A stretch of 64,000 bases of DNA from Camelus dromedarius (lineage: Eukaryota), in assembly GCF_036321535.1 (NCBI RefSeq), contig NC_087436.1, positions 32,490,001 through 32,554,000 of the forward strand, written 5' to 3'. Below are positions 11,928 to 25,781 of the stretch, one piece after another. The number at the start of each line of letters is the position of its first letter. Within the stretch, counting starts at the first letter, position 1. A program made the position numbers and the translations under genes. Below the pieces are notes generated by a model. That model was not told the DNA's origin and did not search any database. It worked only from the letters and a program-made list of their open reading frames with translations.

Positions 11928-12689
11928 CTTCAAGGGCAGTACTTAGTAAATTACTACAGTAATGTTTTGGCCCTGGTCTTTCTACATTAAAGCTTCGCAT
12001 CTCTCTTCCATCTCACAAGCACACGGGAAAAGCGGTAACTCCACTCGACGCCATCCTCTCTCCTCTCCGCCTGGCAGGAGTGGTCGCAGTGCCTCCCAGC
12101 AGGCAGTGCACGAGCCCCCGCAGGGGTTGGGTAGCGCAGCTCCCAACAGAAACCCGGGACTGGTGCTACAGGGAGGCTTGCCGCTTCGACCCTGTCTCCT
12201 CAGTTCCCTCTTCAGCCATCATCCTTTTAGGTCCACCACCTTCTAGATTTATTCCAAAATATCCTGGAGTTCTCCTAGAATCATTTATTTCCCCATACTA
12301 TCTGTACAACTTGAGTGTGTGAGAGTAAGTTTCCTATTAAAAAACACTTAAAATATCAGTAAAAAGAAACAGTTGGGGTCAGGAGCAAGGGATTATCACC
12401 CCATTCTTTACAATTACTGGGAGGAAGTGAGAGTACCTACTGGCTAAAAGCGTGACAGGCTTGCGGTCACACAGGTTTGGGTTGTAGTCCCAGGCTCCAG
12501 TAATTTACTAGCAATAGGACCTTTGGCAATTCACTTAATTATCCAAGTGCCAGGTTCAAAATCTGTTGAAGAAAACAAACATACCTACTGGGTTGTTTTT
12601 ATTATTAAATAATGTAAGCAAAGCCACAGTGCCTAGCACCAAAAAAGCCAATACATGGTAGGTCTGCCACTTGCTAGAATATATGAACT

Positions 12690-14560
12690 ATGTTGGTTTT
12701 TGTATATTGATCGATGTATCTAGCAACCCTGCTGTATTCTCATAAATTCTAGTATTTGTAGTTTCTTGGATCTTCTGTGTATAGAACCATATGGCCTGGG
12801 AAATAACTAATTTTTTCCTCCATTTTTAATCCTAATTCTTTTTTCTTAATTATGCTGCCTAATCTCCAGTAAAAGGTTGAATATAAGTTGAATATAAGCT
12901 GTAGTGGTGATCATCCTTGTCGAATGCTTAACAGTAAATACTTTTGTGTTTATGATGTAAAAAAAAGCGAAAATTATCCTTTTTTCTTGCGAAGTTTTTC
13001 TAAGTGGATACTGAAATGTAACAAATGCTATTCATCTATTGAAATGATCTTTTTTTCTCCCTAAATCTGTTAATGTGGTGAATAAATTGATAAGATTTTT
13101 CTAATATCCCTGTATTCCTGGGATAAACCTGATATGCCATCCATGATGGTTTTTAGATACACTGGACTTAGCTTGTGATTATTTAACTTTCTCATTCTTA
13201 ATATTATTTGAATCTCTTCTTGGATCCTATCACTAGTGGCTTCTTAAACTGCTTTTGGCTTTCTTGCCTTATTATGTCTTTGTTTTCTAGTTCATCTGCT
13301 CTATTATTTCCTTTTATACTTTTACGTTTACTTTGTTCTTTCTCTAATCTACTGAGTTTAACACCTAGCTCAATAATTTTCAGTCTTTCTTATTTTCTAA
13401 TACATCTATTTGCAGCCATAAATTTCCTTCTAGTTACCATTTTAGCTGAATCTTCTACCTAAAATTTCAAACATTTGGGATAGAAGAGTAGGCAATGGAG
13501 ATTAAAAAAAGCTTTACTGATTATACTGGTATTAGATAAATGTGTTCATGGGCTTGTAATTATTGCACACCAGAATTATCAGACTTACCTACCTAGTTAC
13601 AGTAATACACCCAGTTCCACATTAGGGCCGGCCCCTGAAAAAATTCAAGGAGAAAGATCACAGTGTGTGTAGGCTTCCAAAAAAAATGAGAAAGAGGTTA
13701 AACTATTCCCAAATTCACCAAGTTACTTCTCCCACCAAAAATTTAGAGACAGTTTTTACTTAGGTGTACCAATATGTTTACCAACTTGTTTCATTGCTTC
13801 TTGCCTCCCTTCTTCCTTCTGGGTTCAGTTTTATTTCAGTAATTCTTTCAGTAAAGGTCTCTGAATGGTGAACTGTTATTTTTTTGGTCTGAAAATCTTT
13901 CTTTATCTTAACTTTTGAATAATAATTTAGTTGAAAGAATTCTTGATGGACAGTAACTGTCCCTTATCTTTTGGCATCTATTATTATTGATGAGTCTAAA
14001 TATTGTTCCTTTGTTAAGTCATGAGTTCTGTTTTTCTCCTTTGAAATTCTGTAGTTTCATTATGTCTAATGTGGATTTTTAAAAAATTATTCTGAACTTT
14101 TTATAACCTGGAGATGGATTTTTCAGATTCTGGCAAAGTCTCAGACATTGTCCTTTAATTATTGCCTCTCACCCCTTTTTTTCAGTTTCTTCTGGATCTC
14201 TATTAGAATGTGTAGGGTCTCTTTATTCTAACCTGTATGACTCAGCCTTTTTTTGTCATATTTTAATTTCAAGCACTCTTAAAATTTTTAGATTTTGTTT
14301 CAGACTTGTCTGTTATTCTTTCATACTGTACTATTTGTATTATTTTGCTTCCTTTAAAAAATCTACTAATCACTTTAAACATTCTAATTTTATAGTCTGT
14401 TTTAGAGTATTTTATCACATTCTTTATTTCTTTAATTCTGACTGTTTTATCTACCAACCCTGCCATACAGTGCTTGTTTCCTCATAACGATTCATCATGT
14501 TTTCACTGTAAATTCATCTTCAGTAAGGCTGCTTTTTTTGTGGGATTTTTATGTGCCCTG
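12690..14560 (-). mobile_element. Old, decayed L1 fragments (approximate bounds)
   Basis: Antisense L1 ORF2-like motifs such as catctattgaaatgatc and ccctgtattcctgggataaacc; T-rich on the plus strand. Confidence 0.55.
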
Positions 14561-15661
14561 GGTCACAGAAGTGTCCAAGGGGTTTTGTATTTGTTTCTGT
14601 CGGAGTCCTGAGGAAGTCAACTGGTCTTAGAACATTTTTAATAATTGTTTGTAGTTCCTGTATCGCAGATACTGCTTATGTATATATCTTATACTTTGTG
14701 GCACAAGCCTAGGGATTTTGATTGCTCACAAATGACTTTCTTTTTTCTATTCACTGCTTTGAAGTGGTTGGCAATCCTGCTTCTCTACTATGGCTTGGTG
14801 CCTAATTTCTTAGCTTCTGTTAAATAAAACTCCTTCCAAGCTTTCAGCTTTATTGGACAGTTTGTGTGGTTGGTAGGCATGGTGTGTTCAGTCTCAGTCC
14901 CCTAAGTAACATTTTATTTTCTTTTGTCCTAACTATATACATGTCCTAGGCTTCAAAGAATAGGCTTCTGGTCTAGCAATTTAGTATTAAATTTCTGTTT
15001 GCTCTCTATCCATTCCATTCAGGATTTTAAAGACTTCTTTCCTCTAAGCATGTCCCTGAACAAATTGAAAACTTTCATCTTTTCTTACTTTATATGGGAG
15101 ACTATTCCTAATATTGTATTATTTTAATCACTTTTCTTTGGGCCATCTTAAATCTTCCTTTTGTTATGGTAAACAGAACTGATAGTGTAGAAGGAAAGGA
15201 AAACATATTCTATTTTGTTTCTGTAACTTTATCTTATGTTGATTACTGTAAGAAAACATGAGTTTTCAAAAGTTAATTTTTTTCTCAAGTGATAACACTA
15301 ATATATTAAAACATATAGTTTGGATTATTCTCTTAAAAAGATACTTTGCCCTATGCAACAGGAAGTTCATGTACCTCATTTTGGTTTTGCCCACTCACAG
15401 CCTCATAAAAATCTTCCCATATTTTATCCCCATTAGTTTAATATTCCTTTATGCACTAAAATGTTGATGTCTTGGGGGTTTCAAATGTACTATCTTCTAC
15501 AACATTTCTGAGAAATAAGACAGACTCCTGTATGAAAACACTGGAAACCCTCTTTTCTGTCTTTAAGCCAGTTCCCAATTCTGAAAAAATAATACTCTCT
15601 GCTTCTTAATAAAGTCAGAATCAAGGAAAATAAAACTCAGAACTAACAGTTTTAAACTTCC

Positions 15662-15667
15662 TTTATT
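15662..15667 (-). terminator. Candidate poly(A) signal of SLC25A31
   Basis: AATAAA on the minus strand about 730 nt past the stop codon, followed by U-rich sequence. Confidence 0.55.
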
Positions 15668-16393
15668 ATCATTAATACAAAGTACACAAACTAATTTTCA
15701 AGGGGATATTTTTTGTTCCAAGATTTTATTTGCAAGATTTTATTTATTTTAAAGATAAAAGTTGGCAGATATGCCATTTTCATATCTTTTCCTTTCCAGT
15801 TACAGGTTTACAGTGTCATTAAAGTCATTATCAATTTTTTTATGAACAGATCTAGGATCTGTGCTTATTAAAAGCTATGTGATACCATAAACACTATACA
15901 CAGTAATAACTGAGCTGCCTTAGTATAGATGTTACAGAAGAAAGCTTACTTATGCCCATAGCTATCATGATATCTCCAATAAGCTTAATTTTAAGAAATA
16001 TTTGTCATATCATATGATTTTAAAAGATGGGGAGAGATTATATTTAAAAGAGTATCATTTTAAAAGGAGATACTTTAATTTATTCGATTTTTGCATTATA
16101 CATTTTAGTTTTTATCACAAAAGTTAAGAAAAGATTTTAAATGAATATAAATAACATATACCACTTATAATAAGTAAGATTTCTCATTAAAGTGAATTTG
16201 ACTCTAAGTAGGAAGGAAACCACATTTTTCTAATTTCTAGTATTTAAATCCTTGAAAAAAAAAGCCTATGCTTTATTGCAGAATTAGTACTTTAAGAAAA
16301 TACTGACAGTAATATAACACACTATCAAAATATACACAAATGGCAGCTATGTTATTTGTATGTTTAATAAGTTAACTATGTGCATTTCTCAAT

Positions 16394-16594
16394 TTAATCT
16401 CCTGATGAACTACCTCTAATATCAATATTAAGGAATTCTTTAATTTTATCATATAATACCAACACCAAAGCACCCCCTGTACCACGAAGGATATTGGAGA
16501 AGGCACCACGAAAAAATGCACTGACTCCTTCATGTTGGTATATCTTCACAAAGCAGTCTAAAGTTCCTTTATATTGCCGTTCAGCCTCACCACT
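16394..16594 (-). CDS. SLC25A31: SLC25A31 exon 6 (last coding exon, 201 bp including TAA)
   Basis: ag|AGT GGT GAG GCT encodes [66 protein letters not shown]. Confidence 0.96.
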   Translation of the reverse strand, partial: SGEAERQYKGTLDCFVKIYQHEGVSAFFRGAFSNILRGTGGALVLVLYDKIKEFLNIDIRGSSSGD

Positions 16595-16719
16595 CTATAT
16601 AAAGAAAAATAGTTTGCCATTATCTTATTGTGTTTTATCTTAAGACAGACTTTATTCAGCACTAAGGACAGATTACAATTAACACTGTGTTGAGTAAGTA
16701 TGTTGAGTTAATGGTCATA

Positions 16720-18130
16720 TATTGAGTATTGTACCCACTGATTGAAGAATACTCATACTTTTCAGGCACAACTTGAAAAATAACCATATGTTAGGCTTAA
16801 AAATTTTTTTTAAATGGCATCACATACCATGATTTATCCTCTCACCACACTGCAATTAAGTGAGAAGTCAATAGCAAAAAAGATACCTAGAAAAATACAT
16901 TTGGATGTTAAGAAAAACACATCTTAGAAAAAATTTGAAACCCAATAATAACCACTCCTCAACTAAATTTGTAAGATGCAGCTTGAATGGTAAGTTTAAC
17001 CGTGAGAAATTAAAATTAACCAATAGATCCAACAGAAAGCACAAAAAGTCAAAAGTTAGTTATCTGAAATACTTTGACAAATTTTGGACACATTATTTCA
17101 GGAAAAACATGAAAAGGCCCCCAAATTGTTACAAGTGGCAAGGGGAACATCACTGCAGATGACCCAGAGATTAAGAAAGAGCAAGATGATGAGATGATGA
17201 TATGAAGGACTTTATGACAGTTATTTTGAAAACTCAGAAGAAATGGATAAATTCCTTAAAACACTGGAATAATACTAAATTTGCTGAAGATATTCAATCA
17301 GTTGTTGAAAATCTTCCTATAAATTAGAAAACCCCATGTCCAGATGGCTTTATATGTGAGTTCTACTAAACATTCAATGAGCATTTAATTCTACTTTTAC
17401 AGAAATTATTCCAGAGAAGAGAAAAAGTGAGGAGACTCCCCAACATATTTTTAGAGGTTTGCATAGGTCTGATACCAACATTAGACTAGGATAACACAAG
17501 AAAGAAAAACAACACTCCAATGTCACAGAAACCATGTATGCAAAGATAATGAACAAAAACTAGCAAATCAAATACAGAAGGGGAAAAAAATACCATGAAT
17601 CATGACTAAGCTGGATTTATCCCAGGCATATAAGGTTGGTTTAGCTCTGGAAAACTAATTAATGTAATAAAATATATATTAACATATGAAAAGAGAGAAA
17701 TGATATGATCATCTAGGTAAAAAACATGACCACTATTTATGATTAAAAATTATTGTAATCCAAACAGAAAGGAACAGCCATGACATGATAAAGGCATAAT
17801 TACAAAGAACCCATAGCTAACATTAAACTTTGTAACACTGAAGGCATTCCTAGTAAGATTAGGAACAAAACCAGATTGCCAGTCATTACTTCTTTCATGT
17901 AGCATTGAATCAGAGGTCTCAACCAGTGCAGAAAGGCAAGAAAAGGAATAAAAGGTATAATAACTGATAAGGAAGGGAAAAAAACCCAGTTTGATTTGCA
18001 GATTATATTTAACACCTGTGTGTATTTAAAATAAAAACAGACTTCAAAGGGTGTACAGATAGATTAGGGTTTGTAATATTGAGTTTAACAAGTTGTGGGA
18101 TATAAAATCAAAATACAAAATTGAAAGAAT
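16720..18130 (+). mobile_element. Old L1 ORF2 fragments (approximate bounds)
   Basis: L1-like motifs gaagaaatggataaattcc, ccagatggcttt...gagttctac and gatttatcccagg; no intact frame. Confidence 0.65.
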
Positions 18131-18132
18131 AC

Positions 18133-18425
18133 TGTTATGAATTGTGTCCCCACAAAATTCATATATTGAAGTCCTAACCTCAGAATACAACTATATTTAG
18201 AGACAGAATCTTTATAAAAATAATTAAGGTTAAATGAGCTTATTAGGGTGGGCCCTAATCCAACATGACCATCCTTATAAGAAGAGAAACAGAAAAAGGA
18301 ATTTGAGAAGACACCAACCCTGCTGGACCCCTTGATTCAGACTTTTAACCTCCAGAACTGTTAGAAAATAAATTTATGTTGTTGAAGCCATCCAGCAGTG
18401 GTACTATGTTTTATACATAGAGCAA
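18133..18425 (+). mobile_element. MLT1-type (ERVL-MaLR) solo LTR
   Basis: tg...aattgtgtcccc...aaattcatat...ttagggtgggccctaatccaa...ccagaactg...aaataaattt...ttgaagcca. Confidence 0.8.
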
Positions 18426-19768
18426 TGCACACATATATTTAAAAACCCACACAATTTTTTTCTGAATTATTTTGATAGTAAGTTACAGATATCATGCCCC
18501 TTACGTTTAAACACTTTAGTGTGCACTTTCTAATAAGTATATTTTCCTTCATACCCAAAGTACAGTTATCAAAATCAGAAAATGTAAAATTTATGTAGTA
18601 CCATTTACCTAATCCACAGTCTATATGCAAATTAATTTTCCATTTTAAAAAGTTTCTCAATGTATTAACCTACAGCTTGACATAGATCAAGAAGAAAACA
18701 CAGATATAAAAGGAACAGCTTTAAGAATATTCCATGAATGACATAATAGGTTAGATATGTTTTACTCTTTCAGATGGCTTATTGGGTTCTTCCAGGACCA
18801 TTGTGTAGAAGATAATAAGGATATTGATAGTAACTACACCTCACAACATTGTTTTGAGAATTAAACGAGTTAAAGTGTAAAATGCTTAGGACAGTTCTGG
18901 CACATAATAAACATAGCTTTCTGGCCTCATTATTTTTACTTGCCCTCATGAAATTTATCATATGGGTATACTGAACTACTTAATACTTCTCAAGCCATAC
19001 CTCTAGGTATGTTTTTTACCCTCTGCTGAGAATGCTGTCTCACTGTCTGGAGAAAAAACCTATTTACTGAGATTTAGCTCTCTAACAGGTCATATCCGAT
19101 CACTTTAAGCATTTGGGCACCCCTCCTCTATTGCATTCCTGGAACCTATGCACATTTCTATTTAAACCATTAACAGTATGCGTTCAATACCATGCTATGA
19201 ATTTGGGTGCAGGTTCTGCCTTATTTTATTTGTGTCACCATAGCTTGGTTATTATTTGCTGAATGAATGAATGTAGCAAATAACAATAATGGAGACTGCA
19301 TCAAAATTTTGGTTTGGGGATTTATATTTAGAACATACATCATTATAAACAAGTTTTCATCCTTGGAGTTAAAAATCATTTACTTTTATTAAAATATATT
19401 ACAACAAATGATTATGTATGTCAGTGGCCTGTGACTGGGTTTATTCTACTTAATCTAATATTCAGTTAAAATAGACACATGCTCATCCATTCTCTGCCAT
19501 ACTCCTCTTCCCTCCAAACAATACACGCTATAGGAGTGAAAGGCATTTCAGTTCTGATAATAGACATGGAAGAAACTTTGCTGCATGATGGCTGTTTTGG
19601 GATAGGAAAGAATGCAAGACAGAATATGTCATGCATGCATTTATTTTAATAAGTAAAACAAACAGCCTATAACTTTCAGCCAAAATTTCTCTAAAATTTT
19701 AATAATTTATACCTGAATATCAGAGATACTGAAAAATTCAATTAAGCTTACAAATAAGATAGAAGTAC

Positions 19769-19894
19769 CTGCATCATCATACGTCTTCTAACTGTATCAA
19801 AGGGATAAGAGAGTATTCCGGAGCATGTAGTCACAACTTGAGCAATGAAAAAGGAGACAAGAAATGGAGTTTCCTTTGGTTTTGGTAATAAGCC
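19769..19894 (-). CDS. SLC25A31: SLC25A31 exon 5 (126 bp)
   Basis: [42 protein letters not shown] contains the ADP/ATP carrier signature RRRMMM; ag/gt boundaries. Confidence 0.97.
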
Positions 19895-21355
19895 CTAGAA
19901 AAGAAAAATTATCAAGTAACTATCTAAATTTCCAAAACATCTTAAATCTTCAGTCAGAGTATAATTCTACAAATATATGAAAGAGGGCTGGATTATATTT
20001 AAAATGCAATAAAAAAAAACCCAGCTGGATTTAATGTGGAAAGATTAAAATAATAGCAGGAGATCAACAAGAAAGGAGAATCTCACACATGGCTAAAGCA
20101 TATTTGAAAAAGGATAGCGTATTTCCTATTAAAGGAGATCTGTTATTAATGGCACTGAAAACTAGGGCAGATAGCAGCCAGTGACCAAAAAAAATTACTC
20201 CATGGTTCCTACTCATAAAGTTGGAAAAGATGAAAGAATGCCTGTTACCATTAACAGATGATATTTGATAAGCAGCTTTAAAGCTCTAAGCTAGTGAAAA
20301 ACATTCTAAATTTCACAACTACCACAGGTGATAACAGAAAAGCAGAGGGAGAGTAAATATACATTTTTCTGTGATTAAATAAACATACACAAGATCCTTT
20401 AATTTCCATTTATCTATTAATCTGTCTAAAAAATAAACTACAAACTAAAAGTAGTATGCCCAGACCACAGTAAAAACTACATTCAACTGCATTTACACTA
20501 ATGATGGAGAGCAGAGATAAAATATAAAACTATTATAAAATTTCCCTCAAGTTTTAATCTTACTTAGTAAATAATACTGACATTAATTTCATTGCTTCCT
20601 TTCAGAAGCATTTCCATATAGAGATTAAGAGCATGGGATTTACGCTTGCCACTTACTTAGCCATTCCTACATTATTTATCTTTAAAATGGGGTATATTAA
20701 AAGCTTGTAGACAACTGCGAGGACATAGCATACTTAACAAGTTTCCAAAACTAAGTAATAGCTAAAAAAAATGGTAGCCATTGTTACATCTTTCTCTTTC
20801 CTACCTTACTGAAGTGCTATTAAAATCTGAAATGAAAAGGCAAATTGCAGAACAACCTACAGAATACAGTATAGAATCTAATAGTACCCAATAGATAACT
20901 GAGCTACAGTAGCATTTACTATATTTAACTAATTAATTATGCCTTGCCTACTTTCCAGTGATATTAAACTGATAATATGCATATAAAAAGTGATAATAAA
21001 GTGAATGTAAAATCAGAAGAACTGTTAGAAGATGCCTTCCTATATACCAAAGATTTAATTATGATATAAGCCTAATTAGCATGTTTTCTATTTGAATCTT
21101 TCAGTACAAACTGTACAAAAACTCAATGTTTGTATGTATGCTTTACATCCAAACTCAGAGCCATAATACAGTTATAATTTAATTAAGTTATGGCAAAATA
21201 GAGATTAAACAGAAGGCTATAATGTCTCTTATATCATCATTTATTTTGATTTCTATAATTAAATGTAAACATACAAGCTGAACATATTACTAATTAGAGC
21301 AATAAAAAGAAACAAACCATTTATTTAATATATACTACTGAAAGCACCAAATTAC

Positions 21356-21510
21356 CTTAACTGTGTCATAAGCTCCAAAATAAGAGGCTCTGTACACAAT
21401 GATGCCCTGAACTGAAACACCAAACCCTTGGTATAGACCAACAATTCCATCTGATTTTGCTATTTTCATAATACAGTCACCTAAACCCTTGAATTGTCGC
21501 TCTTCAGGAC
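21356..21510 (-). CDS. SLC25A31: SLC25A31 exon 4 (155 bp)
   Basis: (G)[51 protein letters not shown]; ag/gt boundaries, phase consistent. Confidence 0.97.
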
Positions 21511-23309
21511 CTAAAATAAAGTCATTTAAAATTTATTAGTAAAGTTATGTATCAGATAAACACGTTAATCAGAGTAAATTAATGTAAACACTTTACAGAT
21601 TTAAATTATCTGGAACTGACATTTAGGAATCTTCTAACAAAAAAAAAGCACACATCAAAACCTTCCCGTTCATTTAAAGATAAATAAGATTTCAAGTAGT
21701 ATCTTAAAAGATTTTAACTAAAAATAATTAACTTCCTATGAAAGCAATCTAATTCAAGCAATCTGACTGGCTTAAAACATTTTAATAAAATTACCAGAAG
21801 TAACTAGTTGTCATTCAAAAAATATTTAGGCATGAAAAACTACAACTTCCTTCAGTTGAAGAGTGAAAAGACAGATAAAGCAAAAAGACAAAGCTAAAAA
21901 CTAGCAACTTTGAGGATCACTAACATTTTAGATAAGGTGTCATATTTTTCTAGTGTTTGCCAGTTTTGTCTTTATTTTCCCTTGATCTAGAACTCCTTGA
22001 AAATATTTTACGAATATTATATATAGAATACAATCTTTCAAAATAAACTAACTTCTCCCAATTTTGAGAAAAACAAGCTATCGAATTGAAATTAAACCAA
22101 GATACATATGTTATTTTCACTTTCTTATAATATCAAGAAAATTTGGGCTGCCAGTTAAACATGATAGATGAAACTCAAATTTTCATCTTTGTTCAAATGC
22201 CACCCCTTCTGAGGCATTGTCTCTCATCATTTAAAATGATGTCACTCTCTTCTCCTAAGTTTTTTTCATGGCATTTATTGCTAAGTGGCAGTAAACTTTA
22301 GTCTTTTTTTTATTACTCGTGATCTCCACTAGACTGTAAGGTACATGAACCATAAGCTCCATGTTTAATATGGTGTGTGTGTTCGCACATGTGTGTTACA
22401 CACACATATCCTGTATCTCAGGCAATGCCTAGTTCCCAGCAAGCACTCAATAAATATTTGTTGAATGAACCTCAGCTCCCTTAATAAATTCTATTAAAAT
22501 TATAATAAAGGAATAAAACAGTTTTAAAGCCATATAAGCAAAGAAGAGTACATGACAAGAGATTAAAAGCCACAAGTTTTAGCAAGATGGAAAGGAGGTA
22601 GAGCAGTAACTCACTAAATGGAGAAAAGTTGAAACCTAGTTTCTTGCAGAGGGAGACATCTTCAAGAAGTGAGCCATTTGACCCCAATAACCAAAGAAAG
22701 AGATAAAATTAGAGGAATTTAGCACTATTGTGGTGGGAGCAAAGTAGCACCTGTATGCTCAAAATCTACAACCTCACCCTGAGTAGGAAGCTCTGTTAAC
22801 CTCATAACCGAACATAAGGCTCCAGATTGAAAGGGGCCAACTGAGTTACCTGCACAAGTACTAAAAACGACTCACACAAAGATACATCATTGTGAATGTC
22901 AGATCATCAGGGATATAAGGTAATTAAAAAGAAAAACAAGCCACATACAAAAGGATCAGCAGTATTTCTTAAGAGCAGTATTAGAAACTAGAACCCAGAG
23001 AAATTCTTTCAAAATTGTGAAAGAAAATTTTAAAACCAGAATTTTATATACAGCCAAACACTGAGAGTGAAACACAGACATTTTTAGATATGCAAGATCT
23101 CAATTTATCTCCTATCCACCCTTCTCAGAAAGCTTTTAGAAAGCTACCAAAGAACATAATCTACCAAAACAAAAACACAGTAAGATGTGATAAATAAAAT
23201 AAGAAGGGCAGAGGAAAAGGGAATCTCTAGGATGGGAGTTACACAGGTAATCCAGACAGGAGCCACAGTCAAGGCAGCAATAAATGTAAGGGATCTAGCA
23301 GGCGGCTTT

Positions 23310-23365
23310 CAAACAAAACAAAACAAAACAAAACAAAACAAAACAAAACAAAACAAAACAAAAAC
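23310..23365 (+). repeat. (AAAAC)n microsatellite
   Basis: About 10 tandem caaaa units. Confidence 0.9.
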
Positions 23366-23613
23366 AACCTAGAAGTAAGTTATAAGCAGATTTTGTCCTT
23401 GCTCTTTTGTTACTACAGTGTTGACCTTCCTCTTCCCTCTTTTAAGGGAAAAGAAAAAAGTAGTAATCTTTAGGGTCTGTAACTTTACCATTTGGTTGAG
23501 AATAAAATTTTTAGACTGTATCCAACATTGCTGTTACAGTATAACTCTACAACAAATAATACAGTGTTCAAAACACAAAGAAGGAAAAGTTAGTATTTCT
23601 AAAACTCCCATAC

Positions 23614-23731
23614 CTTTTCCAATATCAACACCTAATCGGGTTCGAGCAAAATCTAGCGGATATACTACACATAAGGATGTTGCCCCAGCAGCTCCACCAG
23701 AAGCCAGGTTTGCCAAAAACCACCTCCAGAA
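23614..23731 (-). CDS. SLC25A31: SLC25A31 exon 3 (118 bp)
   Basis: [39 protein letters not shown]; ttcag| acceptor and |gtatgg donor. Confidence 0.97.
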
Positions 23732-24914
23732 CTGAAACATATTATTTAAAAAGTGGTTATTAAACTACAGAATCTGATTTTTAAATTCTTATCTTTATAG
23801 AGGTTAAAGAGCCAGCTTTACCACCTGCTCTTATAAGTAAACAGCTATAGTAACACATATAATATCCAAAATACTGCTCATGTCCATGTAGCCTTTGTTT
23901 CTTACCAGGTGGTCTGGGAAATACAGCTTAGATGCTGGCATACTGAAATTCTAAGATATTTTAATGTCCTCCAGCAAAAGTGGCCCAAATTAGCAAAAGA
24001 GGCCACAAAAGATAATCAGCTGCTTAGACTGTATAAACTTTTTTGTTAACAATATATGTTAGTTATGACTAAAATGTTAGGCATCTGTAGAGGCTTTAGT
24101 TGTTCCCTTGATTGATGGCAGGGGAGGTGGACAGTGATACATCGTAATGCCACAATTTCACTTTGTGATTTAAGTAGAAATACATTTAATCAGCTCAAAT
24201 ATGTATATTAAGTTCAAATGCCAAAATGAAAATTGGCAGAAATCATTTTATTGTGGTTTAGTGACACATAAGTTAGGCCTTTCTGATCTACTAGTTCACA
24301 TGGGCTGTTGAGGTTCTTTTTGATGAACATTTGAAACATGCCCTGCTTAGGTCCAGTAAACTGCTTTTCAACATCTAGAGCTTACTGGAGAAATAAGGAG
24401 TATATGAATTGGCACTGTTATAGAAAATCTAGGGTACAAGGCTACTGTAACCATTAAATATATTAAAGTGAGTAAGAATCTAATCAAGCTGAGTTTCTTG
24501 CTTGCCTGTCTCTTATTTCTAACAACAGTTTTAAGTCTCAGATGCTTTTGAACTGTCAATTTTCTCTTAGCTTGGATGCCCTTCTTATCTTTTAATTTTA
24601 TTCCTGTCTTTTAAAAGTAAAAAGTTATTGATTTATGCTCTAATTCAAATTCTATTTCTTCTATGAAATCTCTTATCTCCAATCCACTCAAAACTGTATG
24701 TAATCATATTCTCTTCCCACTTCATCTCTCAGAGAATTAAAGATGAATCATGTGACCAATATGTAAAACGTGTCATCATGTTTCAGATTCTCATTTTTTT
24801 AACAGTATTTACAATTACTTTCTACTCTTCATTTATAGTTATTTGTGTACCTGTCTTGTCTTAACCTCTTACCTTCTACAGACAAGAAATGTCTTCAGGC
24901 CAAAATTATTATTT

Positions 24915-25360
24915 TTACTTATTGACATATTTTTTATACACCAAACAGTTCACTCATGCAAAGTATTAAATTCAATGGATTGTTAGCATATTCATGGAGT
25001 TGTGCAACCATTATCAGTTTCAGAACATTTTCATCGCCCCAAAAAGAAACCTTGTACCCATCAGCACTCACTCCACGTCCTCCCCATCCCCCTAGATAAC
25101 CATTAAGCTACTTTCTGTCTCTATAGATTTGCCTATTTTAGAACATTTCTATAGGATATTTCCTATACATGGAAAAACACAGAATACAATCTTTTGTGAT
25201 TGGCTTCTGTCATATAACTTGTTTCCAAGGTTCATCCACATTGCAGCATGTGTTAGCACTTCATTCCTTTTTATTGACAAATATTTCATTACATGGATTT
25301 ACCACATTTTATTTATCCATTCTTCAGTTCATGGACATTTGGGTTATTTACATTTTTTTG
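24915..25360 (-). mobile_element. L1M-type 3' end fragment
   Basis: gagttgtgcaaccat...cagaacattttcatcgcccc...ctactttctgtctctatagatttgcc...ggttcatccac. Confidence 0.75.
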
Positions 25361-25781
25361 AGGCCAGGATTCATTTTTTTTATTTTACAAAGCAAGTCAC
25401 AGGGCCTTGCCCAGAGTAATAGTAATGCTTTCAATAAATATTTGTTTAATGAAGGGTACTCGGACTCCTATGGCTTCTTTTAAGTGAAACAAATAAGTTC
25501 TACTGTAAAGGCAGTCATGTGTCATAATCACAAAGAGATAATTAGACCAAAAGGTTGATTCTGACCCCAGAGTAGCAAATCCACAGTCTAGTAGACGATA
25601 CATAATCTGGTAGAAAAAGAGGAGCTGGGCCAGAGTTTATGTCTTGAAAGTCTATGCCAGTTAGCAGTAAGGACAGAAATGGAAAGATATTAAATAGCTT
25701 TTTTTAGGTTTTAGTCGGCTTTGAGACTGTTGAAAGCTATAGATACTCTTCCAGTACAAATCACACATATATAAACATATA

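Noticed and set aside
11928..11933. ORF-track start at 11933
   Set aside because: That codon is TTG; the first ATG is at 11927.
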